Source: an uncultured Janthinobacterium sp.
GTDB lineage: Bacteria; Vulcanimicrobiota; Vulcanimicrobiia; Vulcanimicrobiales; Vulcanimicrobiaceae
Assembly: GCA_964658025.1 (NCBI GenBank)
Contig: CAZZXB010000042.1
Span: forward strand, 1-21,623
Direction: 5' to 3'
DNA length: 21,623 nt
Position numbers and translations under genes: made by a program. Positions 8,735-16,991 of the stretch are shown here, one piece after another; position 1 is the first letter of the stretch, and every line of letters begins with the position of its first letter. Below the pieces are notes generated by a model, which was given only the letters and a program-made list of their open reading frames with translations, did no database searches and was not told the origin of the DNA.

Positions 8735-10390
8735 TCAGATCGCGTACGCGTGCGGATTCCAAAAGGGCGAGATCACGGGCGAGGCCGCGAAATGCTTCAG
8801 ATCCGAATTGTAGGCGTAGGTCTCGCGGCGGAAATCCAGGATGATCGACGGCACGTCGAGCGCGAACTGCGTCTGTTCGCGAAACGAGGCCTCCTTGCGT
8901 TTCCGCGGATCGACGGTCGCGAGCCCGTCCTCCATCGCCTTCGTCGCGATCGGATTGCGCCAGAAGAGCGCGTTCTGTCCGTGGGGCGCGAGGTTCTTTC
9001 CCGAGTAGATGGCGTTGTCGTCGGGATCGGCCGCGCCGATCCACGCGAAGCCCGCGACGTCGTAATGGCCGCCCTGTAAGATGCCCTCGGTCGTGTTGGA
9101 GAAGAATTGCGCGGTCGGCGCGTTCTTCACCGACACCTCCGCGCCGACTTCGTGCCAGGCCTGTTGGACGAACGCCTGAATCGCGCGACCGTTGACGCTC
9201 TCGCTCTGCGTCGCGTACGAAAACGCGAGCCGCTGCCCGTTGCGGACGCGGATGCCGTCGGCCCCGACCTTCCAGCCGAGCGCGTCGAGTTCGCGCCGCG
9301 CGCGGGCGAGATCGTATGGATAATGCGCGGTGTCCTTGTCGTAAAAGCTCGAGAGCCGGGGCGAGACGGGGACGTCGCTCGGATCGCCGTTGTCGTGGAG
9401 GATCTTGTCGACGATCGCCTTCTTGTCGATCGCGCGCGCGAGCGCGCGACGGAGCCGCACGTCGGCGAAGAGCGGCCGTCGCAAGTTGAAATCGACGTGA
9501 TCGAATACGTACGACGGGACGGCGATCGCCGTCGTCCCCGGAATATCTTTCGCCTGCGGCCACACGTTCGCGCCGACGCGCGCGATGAGGTCGACCTCGT
9601 GCGTCTTGAGCTGGTTGACGAGCGTCGAATCGTCGGGAAGGACGCGATAGGTCACGTCGGTCAGCTTCGGCTTCCCGAGAAAGTACTTGTCGAATGCCGT
9701 CAACACGACGTCCTGGCCGCGATCCCAACGCACGAATTTGAACGGACCGCTGCCGATCGGCGCCGATTGGAACGGCGCCGTATTGAACGAACCTTTCGCG
9801 TCGTTGTACTTCGCGAGGACGTGCTCGGGCAGGATCGGGACGTTCCCGTTGACGCCCCAGAGCTGCTGTAAGAACGGCGCGTAGATCTTCTTCATGTGGA
9901 CGACCGCCACGAGCGGATCCGAGCAATCGATGCTCGCGATGCTCGAGTAGCCGTCGTGCGTGATGTTGTTGTTCGCGGGATTGAGCGCGGCTTTCCACGT
10001 GAACGCGAGGTCGCGGCACGTCATCTTCACGCCGTCGTGAAAATAGATATTATTTCGCAACCGATACTTGAGCGTGAGCCCGTCTTTGCTCACGTCGCCG
10101 TTTTCGATCGTCGGAATCTCGCGCAACGCATCGGGCACGGGCCTCGCACGATCGTCGTAGCGAATCGCATACGAGAAGAGATACATCGCGAGATCGAGCG
10201 CCGGACCCGACGTGGCGAGCATCGGATCGATCGACTTCACGTCCTCGTTCTCCGCGAAGACGAGCCGCCCGGGGCGGGTGAAACCGTTCGCGGCGCCGCT
10301 CGCATCGCCGCCCGGGCCGCCCGCTTTCGTGCACGCCGAAACGGCGACGAGCATAAGCATCGCCGCCGTCGTTCGTAACGCGTCAGGCAC
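8735..10390 (-). CDS. Peptide ABC transporter substrate-binding lipoprotein (family 5)
   Basis: Lipobox VSAC; VSKDGLTLKYRLRNNIYFHDG; PIGSGPFKF; 551 aa. GTG start overlaps the upstream stop by 8 nt. Confidence 0.93.
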   Translation of the reverse strand: MPDALRTTAAMLMLVAVSACTKAGGPGGDASGAANGFTRPGRLVFAENEDVKSIDPMLATSGPALDLAMYLFSYAIRYDDRARPVPDALREIPTIENGDVSKDGLTLKYRLRNNIYFHDGVKMTCRDLAFTWKAALNPANNNITHDGYSSIASIDCSDPLVAVVHMKKIYAPFLQQLWGVNGNVPILPEHVLAKYNDAKGSFNTAPFQSAPIGSGPFKFVRWDRGQDVVLTAFDKYFLGKPKLTDVTYRVLPDDSTLVNQLKTHEVDLIARVGANVWPQAKDIPGTTAIAVPSYVFDHVDFNLRRPLFADVRLRRALARAIDKKAIVDKILHDNGDPSDVPVSPRLSSFYDKDTAHYPYDLARARRELDALGWKVGADGIRVRNGQRLAFSYATQSESVNGRAIQAFVQQAWHEVGAEVSVKNAPTAQFFSNTTEGILQGGHYDVAGFAWIGAADPDDNAIYSGKNLAPHGQNALFWRNPIATKAMEDGLATVDPRKRKEASFREQTQFALDVPSIILDFRRETYAYNSDLKHFAASPVISPFWNPHAYAI

Positions 10391-11510
10391 GCAGCGTATC
10401 CGGATCGATCCCCCGCGCGCGATGGAATTCGGCGAACGCGAACGGCGAGATCTCCGAGGGCTTGATCTCGCTACGGCCTCCCCAGAACACGTTCGTGTAT
10501 CCGAGTTCGATGCCGGCCTCGCGGATGTGCTCGTCGATCGCGGCCTTGTGCGCGAGCAACACGTTCTTGTCGAGTCCGTGCGCGACGCCCATCACGTTGA
10601 CGTTGCGGAATTCGGGGCCGCCCTCGCGCCAATACGCATGCGTCATGATGTGATGCCGCCCGACCTCGCGACCGGCGTCGATCTCGCGACCGATCGGGAC
10701 CTGCCAGTGGAAGAGCGCGTTGTATCGCGTCACGCGCTCGTTTCCGGCGACCGCCTTCACGTGTTCGAGAAACGTCGAGAACCGTCCGATCACCGCGCGC
10801 GCGGCGAGCGACTCGGCGACCTCGTAGAATTCCTCGAGCGTTACGCCGGCTTCGCGCGCGCGCGCGGCCCAGAGATCGCGGACGAGTTCGTGCGGTTCGA
10901 ACTCGCGCTTGAGCGCCGCGAGCACCTGCCAGTCGCGGGCGGAGAGCTCGACGATGTGCGTGTCGACGACGTCCGCGAGCACCTCCGCGCGCGAGCCGGG
11001 TTCCATGCCGCGGCGACGGATGTGCCCCACGCCGAGCGCGAAGAGTCGCTCCGCGGGCATCAGCCGAAACGCGTCGGCGCCGACCTGCGCGCGCAAGAAT
11101 TCGGCGTGCTTCTCGATCGCGTAGCCCTGCGGCACCTTCAGCGTGGTCCACAGGCGATACGTGGAGCCCGGCGTCGCCGCGTCGGCCGTGCGGATGACGA
11201 CGTGACCCGAAAACGGATCGACGTCCGACATGTACGAGAACGCCGCGTCGAGACGTTCTTCGGGGATCCGCCACGCGACGAGCGCGCCGTGCGCGAGGTT
11301 CGTCGCGAGCAACGTCTGACGGACGCGCCTGATCGTGCCGTTCTCGAGCATCGCGCGGATCCGACCGACGGTCGTCTCGAAATCGACGCCGGAACGCTCG
11401 GCGATCTCGCCGAGCGGATCGCGTAAGAATCCCGCGATGCGATCCTCCGAGATCGCGAGGATGCGCGCGTTGATCGGATCGTCGACGGAACACGGAGCGG
11501 CGAGGGCCAT
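10383..11510 (-). CDS. Fused AhbA/AhbB (NirDL/GH-like) siroheme decarboxylase-like protein, Lrp/AsnC fold
   Basis: Two tandem HTH + ferredoxin-like halves. The second half has GRFSTFLEH, NALFHW, MTHAYWR and NVMGVAHG, paralleling AhbB/NirH RRFGA.L.H, NAM.VW, VTHCY.R and NL..MVHG; 375 aa. Confidence 0.7.
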   Translation of the reverse strand: MALAAPCSVDDPINARILAISEDRIAGFLRDPLGEIAERSGVDFETTVGRIRAMLENGTIRRVRQTLLATNLAHGALVAWRIPEERLDAAFSYMSDVDPFSGHVVIRTADAATPGSTYRLWTTLKVPQGYAIEKHAEFLRAQVGADAFRLMPAERLFALGVGHIRRRGMEPGSRAEVLADVVDTHIVELSARDWQVLAALKREFEPHELVRDLWAARAREAGVTLEEFYEVAESLAARAVIGRFSTFLEHVKAVAGNERVTRYNALFHWQVPIGREIDAGREVGRHHIMTHAYWREGGPEFRNVNVMGVAHGLDKNVLLAHKAAIDEHIREAGIELGYTNVFWGGRSEIKPSEISPFAFAEFHRARGIDPDTLRA

Positions 11511-11558
11511 GCGGGGGTGTACGCTACCTCGAACCGACGCCCCCGCCCGCGTGCGACC

Positions 11559-13424
11559 TCAGAGGCGGAAGCCGCGACGGCGCGGCGCGGGCGACGGCGA
11601 TCCGGTGACCGGGGCGGGCGACGCCGCGGAGGTCGCGGACGGCACCCCGGACGACGGCGTCGCGGTCACCTCCGGCGTCGGCGACGGGAGTGGCGGGATC
11701 GACTGCGTCGGAACCGGTAGCGGCGTGGCGTTCGGATCGACGGGCGGCGGCGAGCCGCTCGGCAGCGGATTCGGCGTGGCGTGCGCGGGGAGCGGCGCGT
11801 CGCCGATCGTCGTCGCGTAGTTCGCGCCGACCGAGTACAGGTAGCTCTGCTCCGCCTCTCGCAGCGCGTAGACGGCCGTTACTTGGTCGGTCAGCGCCGT
11901 CGTGAGCTGCACTTGCGCGTTCAGTAAGAGCGGCAACGTCGTCACGCCCGCGCGATACTGCGCCTGCGTCGATTGCACGTTGGTCACGGCCGTCGCGTAC
12001 TCTTGTTGCGTCTGATCGAGCGCGGCGCGGGCGCTCACGAGATTCGTCAGCGCCTGCTTCACGCTGAGCTGGAGACCGAGCGTCGTCTGCTCGAGCGTCG
12101 CGTGCGCGACGTCGAGCGACGCGCGCGCGGAAGCCGTGTTCGCCGCGGTCACGCCTTGATCGTAGAGCGGGATCGACAACGCGAGACCGACCGATTGCGA
12201 GTTCCGAAACGTGCCCGAAGTTCCGTCGGTCGAATTGTCGCTCGCCGTGCCGGTTCCGGAGAGCGTCGGAAAGAGTCCGAGTCGGGCGTTCTTGAGCGAG
12301 TATTCCGCTTGCCGGACCGACTGGATCGAGGAGTCGTAGTCCGGCCGGAGCGCGACCGCGCGGCGGAGCGCCTGATCGTACGTCGGAATCGGAATGGAAG
12401 AGACCTGACTGTTCGTGAACACGGGCGCGTCGTCGACCGGCTGGACGTTCGCGTTCGCGTCGAGCCCCATCGCGTTCGCGAACGTCGCCTCCGCGGCGAA
12501 CTGCGTGCCCTGCGAGCGGACGACCGCGAGCCTCGCCTGGGCCGTCGGGAGTTGGACCGTCGCGATATCGGCCCGAGCCGACGTCCCCGCGCGGACCTGG
12601 GCGCGCACGAGATCTTCCTGAACCTGATCCTCACGGACGATCTCGAGATCGACCTGCGTCGTGCGTTGCGCGGACAGGTACGCGTAGTACGCCTGCGCGA
12701 CGTTATTGGCGACCGTCTGGAGATCCCGACGATACGTATCGGCCGAGGCGACTTCGCCGCGTTGCGCGGCGTTGACGGCGGCCGAGATCTTTCCGCCGTC
12801 GTAGATCAACTGACTGAGCTGCGCGGAGAAACCCGCCGCCGTGCCCGAGTTCCGGGCCGTCGTCGCCGTCGTGGTCGTCCCCGTTCCGGTCGTCGTGCCG
12901 ACGGTCGTCGCTCCGGCCTGCTCGTGCGAGTACGTGTACGACGAGCTCGCATCGAATAACGGCAAGAGCCCGGCGCGTTGGAGCCGGACGGCCGCCGCTT
13001 GGATGCCGACGTCGCCCCGTGCGATCGAGAGCGCGGGCGAACGCGCGAACGAGATCGCGATCGCCTGTTGGAGCGTGATTTGCGCCGGGACGTCCGCCGC
13101 GGGCGTCCCCGCACCGACACCCGGAACGGGCGTTCCGTACGCCGGATACGGCAGGTCCGACGCCGACCCCGGAGGTCCGAGCGTGACGAGCGGGTACGGC
13201 GTCGGTTGACTTCCGTTGAGCCGCTTGCCGGTCGGCGTGCCGACGTTCGCCGGTAACGGAACGCTGTTGGGGACCGAAGACATGTTGGGCACGGGCGTCC
13301 CCGACCCGGATTGCGGTTGGGCTCGAGCCGCGAACGCCGGCGTCGCCGGCGTGACGGCGCTCGCGCCGAGCGCCACGAGCGCGAGCGTTGCCATACCGGA
13401 GCGGAGGCGGCGGACTCGAGACAT
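11559..13424 (-). CDS. TolC-family outer membrane efflux protein with Pro/Thr-rich terminal extensions
   Basis: Signal peptide; ITLQQAIAISFARSP; LSQLIYDGG and LSIPLYDQG repeats; VAQAYY; QYRAG. Alternative start at ATG 13394. Confidence 0.9.
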   Translation of the reverse strand: MSRVRRLRSGMATLALVALGASAVTPATPAFAARAQPQSGSGTPVPNMSSVPNSVPLPANVGTPTGKRLNGSQPTPYPLVTLGPPGSASDLPYPAYGTPVPGVGAGTPAADVPAQITLQQAIAISFARSPALSIARGDVGIQAAAVRLQRAGLLPLFDASSSYTYSHEQAGATTVGTTTGTGTTTTATTARNSGTAAGFSAQLSQLIYDGGKISAAVNAAQRGEVASADTYRRDLQTVANNVAQAYYAYLSAQRTTQVDLEIVREDQVQEDLVRAQVRAGTSARADIATVQLPTAQARLAVVRSQGTQFAAEATFANAMGLDANANVQPVDDAPVFTNSQVSSIPIPTYDQALRRAVALRPDYDSSIQSVRQAEYSLKNARLGLFPTLSGTGTASDNSTDGTSGTFRNSQSVGLALSIPLYDQGVTAANTASARASLDVAHATLEQTTLGLQLSVKQALTNLVSARAALDQTQQEYATAVTNVQSTQAQYRAGVTTLPLLLNAQVQLTTALTDQVTAVYALREAEQSYLYSVGANYATTIGDAPLPAHATPNPLPSGSPPPVDPNATPLPVPTQSIPPLPSPTPEVTATPSSGVPSATSAASPAPVTGSPSPAPRRRGFRL

Positions 13425-13446
13425 CTTCGTTCGGGTTTCCTTTCAG

Positions 13447-14784
13447 TTACTGGTGGGCGGGAGCCGCGGGCGACGCACCGTTGTTGACGGCGACGACGCT
13501 GCCGTCTTGCAAGGCGTCCGGACGCGTCGTGATGAGGACCATGCCGGGATCGACGCCCGCTCCGTGGACTTCGGCGAGCGTCTCCGTTTGGAGGCCGACG
13601 GTGACCGGAATCATCTTCGCCTTCCCGTCGACGACGGTGAAGATGCTCGAACCGGCATCGCTCGAGAAGACGGCCGTGCGCGGCACGACGGTCGCGCCCG
13701 CGTGGCGCTCCTTCACGATCGCGAGCGAGACGAGCATCCCGCCGCGCAAGGTGTTGCCGGGATTGGGCTGACGGATTCGCGCGCGATACGAGAGCGTCCC
13801 CGTCGTCGGCGTCGGATTCACGTCGAAGATCGTCCCCGAGAACGTGCGGCCCGGAAGGCTCGCCGACACGAACGTGGCGGGCGTCCCGGGCCGCACGTAA
13901 CCGAGATCCTCGTCGGGGACGTTCGCGTTGACGTAGACGGTCGAGAGCTGCGAGACGCGGACGATCGATTGATTGGGACCCGCGAACGCTCCCGGATCGA
14001 GCAAGCGCTGCGTCACGACCCCGTCGAACGGCGCGTAGATCGACGACTGCGAGATCTGCGTCTCCAGGAGTTTGACGTTCGCCTGGGCCTGCGCGAGCGC
14101 AGCGCGATTGCCCTGGATCGTCGCCTGATCGACCGCGGTCTGGCCCGTGTTCGTGCGCGCGGTCGAGAGCGCGGCCTGCGCCGCCGGCAACGATTGACGC
14201 GCGTTATTGACTTCCTGTTGCGCGGTGACGTAGTTCGCGCGCGCCTGCGTGAGCGCCGTCTGCGAGACGTATCCCTGCGACGCGAGCGACTCGTTACTCT
14301 TGTAGACGAGCTCGGCGTTCTTCATCGCGGCCTCCGCGGTCGCGACGCGATTCTGTGCCTGCTGGAGCGCCTGTTGCGCCTGCGAGACGGCGGATGCGTA
14401 TTGTTGCGACGAGATCGGCGCCTGGACGTTCGAGCTCTGCAGTTTCGCGAGCGATTGTTGGACCGTCGCTCGATTCGCATCGAGCTGGGCGCGCAGTTGC
14501 GAGGCGTCGAGCTGCGCCAGCAACTCGCCCTTCGTCACGCGATCGCCCTCGTTGACCGCGACGACCGAAACCGTGCCCGATTCGGGCGTGCTCAAGGTCG
14601 ATTCAAGATACGGCGTCACCTGACCGTCGAGCGCGAGCGTCGTCGCGATGTCGCGACGTTCCACGTGCCCCGTGTCGACGGCGAGCGGCGGCGGACCGGC
14701 GGCCTCTTTCTTCCCGCCCGAACACCCGGTCGCGACGACGAGGAGCGCGGCGGCGACGAACGACGACGTGACGCGAAATCTCAT
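13447..14784 (-). CDS. Efflux periplasmic adaptor (membrane fusion protein), lipoprotein
   Basis: Lipobox VATGC; lipoyl halves SGTVSVVAVNEGDRVTKGELLAQLD and IYAPFDGVV around a long Gln/Ala coiled coil; LRGGM; VPRTAV. Confidence 0.92.
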   Translation of the reverse strand: MRFRVTSSFVAAALLVVATGCSGGKKEAAGPPPLAVDTGHVERRDIATTLALDGQVTPYLESTLSTPESGTVSVVAVNEGDRVTKGELLAQLDASQLRAQLDANRATVQQSLAKLQSSNVQAPISSQQYASAVSQAQQALQQAQNRVATAEAAMKNAELVYKSNESLASQGYVSQTALTQARANYVTAQQEVNNARQSLPAAQAALSTARTNTGQTAVDQATIQGNRAALAQAQANVKLLETQISQSSIYAPFDGVVTQRLLDPGAFAGPNQSIVRVSQLSTVYVNANVPDEDLGYVRPGTPATFVSASLPGRTFSGTIFDVNPTPTTGTLSYRARIRQPNPGNTLRGGMLVSLAIVKERHAGATVVPRTAVFSSDAGSSIFTVVDGKAKMIPVTVGLQTETLAEVHGAGVDPGMVLITTRPDALQDGSVVAVNNGASPAAPAHQ

Positions 14785-14932
14785 GAGCGGATCTGCAACC
14801 CCCAGCGAAAAGCGGACCGACGACGCTCGTTCTTTCGTCGCGCGTGCGATACCCGGTTGCTGTACGTTCGGACCCGGGCAAATGATTCACGCCCGTGCGG
14901 GAGCGTACGCGCCTCCGGCCAACCTACGTACC

Positions 14933-15328
14933 ATGGCGGTCAAGCTGGACATCGGTCGCACGTATCAGAGTCAGACCCGCGTCGAGGAGTGGATGACCGC
15001 CGAGAAGGCCGGCAACACGGGTGTCGACGTGCTGTCGACGCCGACGCTTCTCCAGCTTATCGAAGACGCGGCGATCCAATGCCTCGCGCCGAGCCTCGCG
15101 ACCGGCGACGTCACGCTGGGAACGTACGTCGATCTCACGCACATCGCGCCGAGCCCGGTCGGTTTCATCGTCCGCGTCGAAGTCGAGATCGTGAGCATCG
15201 ACGGCCCGCGGATCAACTTCGCCTTCGCCGCGTTCGACGAGCGCGAGAAGGTCGCCGAGGGGACGCACGAGCGCTACATCATCGCACGCGACAAGTTCCT
15301 CAAGTCGCTCGAGGAAAAGCAGAGCTAG
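14933..15328 (+). CDS. Hot-dog-fold thioesterase, fluoroacetyl-CoA thioesterase (FlK) family
   Basis: ATG at 14933. VLSTPTLLQLIE (Thr...Glu), LTHIAPSPVG (His) and GTHER give the FlK-type catalytic set; 131 aa. Confidence 0.88.
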   Translation: MAVKLDIGRTYQSQTRVEEWMTAEKAGNTGVDVLSTPTLLQLIEDAAIQCLAPSLATGDVTLGTYVDLTHIAPSPVGFIVRVEVEIVSIDGPRINFAFAAFDEREKVAEGTHERYIIARDKFLKSLEEKQS

Positions 15329-15395
15329 ACCGGCCGCCGCTCGCGCGTCCCGCTTGTGCGTTTGGTCCGCGCGCGTCGCCGCGACTTTCCGTCGG

Positions 15396-16871
15396 TCAGA
15401 CGATGCCGAGGATCGAGCGCGCCGCGTTGAATCCGCCGATCGTCGCGCCGACCGTGCTCTGACCAGGGAACGTCGTGTCGCCGCAGAGCGTGAGGCCGCG
15501 GATCGCGGTCCCGTGACCGATCGCGCCGAGCGTCGCCGTGGCGGGCGTTTGCGGCATCCCGCCGACGAGCCCGCGCGCGCGACCGGTGTATCGCGCGAAC
15601 GTATGCGGATCGGCGCTCTCCGCGACGTCGGCGCGCGCGAACGCGCCCGGCACGACCCGCTCGAGCGCGGCCGCGAGCCGACGCCGATAGCGCGCGCGGA
15701 GGTCCTCCGTGCGGCCGTCGCGATGCGCGCGTTCCCAGCGCGCGACGTCGGTGTGCGTCGAGATCGTGACCGCGCGGCCGCCCGAGCGCGCGCGGCGCGC
15801 GTCGCCTTCGTCCGAGAACGAGACGAACGTCGTGTTCCCCTCGCCCGGCGGTTCGTCGTACGACGCGACGAGTTGGTGGTGCGTCGCGATATCGGGTGGT
15901 ACGACGCCCGCGGGCAAGCCGCAGTAGAGCATCGCCGCGCCCCAGCGCTGCGGCAGCGACGCGACGCGGGTTTCGAGCGAGCGCGCGAGCGGCGGGCAGA
16001 GACGCAGCACGTCCTGCACGGGGAGCGCGGCGACGATGCGGTCGCAGGCGATCGCGGTTCCGTCCGCGAGTCGGACCCCGCAGACCCGGCCGCGCGCCGT
16101 CTCGATCGCGACGACGTCGGTTCGATAGGCGATATCCGAACCCGCGCGACGGACCGACCGCGCGAGCGCCGTCGCGATCGTGCCGACGCCCTCGGCGAGA
16201 TGGAACGTCCCCTCGCGCGCGAGATCGAGCGCCGTGCATCCGTAGGCGAGATCGGCGCCGCGCGCGTCGCTCTGCGCCGTGATCAGGAGTTGCGCGTCGA
16301 CGAAGGCACGCAGCCGCGCGCTCGCACGGTCGGGCAAGATCGAGGCGACGTTGCGTCCGAGGGTCCCGGCGAGCGGCAGGTGCGCCAGCCGGAGCGCGTG
16401 CGCGAACGCCCGGGCACCCCAGAGATCGAACGGCAGAGCCGGAAACCGCGTCGAGAGGTCCCACGCGAGATCGGCGACGCGCTCCTGTCGGCGCCAGAAG
16501 GGCTCGGCCCCCGGACCGAACGCGCGCATCCGCTCCGTCACCCAGCGCGAATCCCCGTATCGCACGACCGAGACGTCGGGGAGATGCACGATCATCGACG
16601 GCTCGATCGCCGTCGCTGAAACATCGATGCCGAGTCGCGCGTTGAGCAAGCGGTGGACGCCCCGCGTTCCGAAGCCGCCGACGAGCGTCGCTCCCACGTC
16701 GAAGCGATATCCGTCACGTTGATAGAACGAAGCGCATCCGCCCGGCACGTTGTGCCGTTCTAAGACGAGTGTTCGCTCGCCGTGCGCGGCGAGGGTAGCG
16801 GCGGCCGTAAGGCCGGCGATTCCCGCGCCGATCACAAGTACGTCGTGACGGGGACCACGATTCGGTAACAT
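15396..16871 (-). CDS. Phytoene desaturase-superfamily FAD oxidoreductase, CrtD-like carotenoid C-3',4' desaturase
   Basis: VLVIGAGIAGL, PGGCAS, FDVGAT, P.TFARYT.R.RG.VGG and LCGDTTFPG resemble cyanobacterial-type CrtD; 491 aa. The substrate is not established. Confidence 0.75.
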   Translation of the reverse strand: MLPNRGPRHDVLVIGAGIAGLTAAATLAAHGERTLVLERHNVPGGCASFYQRDGYRFDVGATLVGGFGTRGVHRLLNARLGIDVSATAIEPSMIVHLPDVSVVRYGDSRWVTERMRAFGPGAEPFWRRQERVADLAWDLSTRFPALPFDLWGARAFAHALRLAHLPLAGTLGRNVASILPDRASARLRAFVDAQLLITAQSDARGADLAYGCTALDLAREGTFHLAEGVGTIATALARSVRRAGSDIAYRTDVVAIETARGRVCGVRLADGTAIACDRIVAALPVQDVLRLCPPLARSLETRVASLPQRWGAAMLYCGLPAGVVPPDIATHHQLVASYDEPPGEGNTTFVSFSDEGDARRARSGGRAVTISTHTDVARWERAHRDGRTEDLRARYRRRLAAALERVVPGAFARADVAESADPHTFARYTGRARGLVGGMPQTPATATLGAIGHGTAIRGLTLCGDTTFPGQSTVGATIGGFNAARSILGIV

Positions 16872-16953
16872 GGCACATTAGAATCCAAAACGTTCCGTTT
16901 CGGTGCAAATCGAGACGGGTACGAAGGCGGCTGTGTTTTCGGGCTTAATCCCC

Positions 16954-16988
16954 TAGAATACTGTCCACGCTCCCTATCCTTAGGAGGA
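16954..16988 (+). promoter_or_regulatory. Putative -10 element and strong RBS
   Basis: TAGAAT at 16954-16959 in an AT-richer divergent intergenic region; AGGAGG at 16982-16987 before GTG 16992. No good -35. Confidence 0.5.
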
Positions 16989-16991
16989 ATA

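Noticed and set aside
13216..15462. 748-aa plus-strand ORF and other long Arg-rich or antisense ORFs (10212-11426, 16980-18293, 8724-10019, 5107-6654)
   Set aside because: Shadow frames of well-supported genes in GC-rich DNA; no motifs and abnormal composition.
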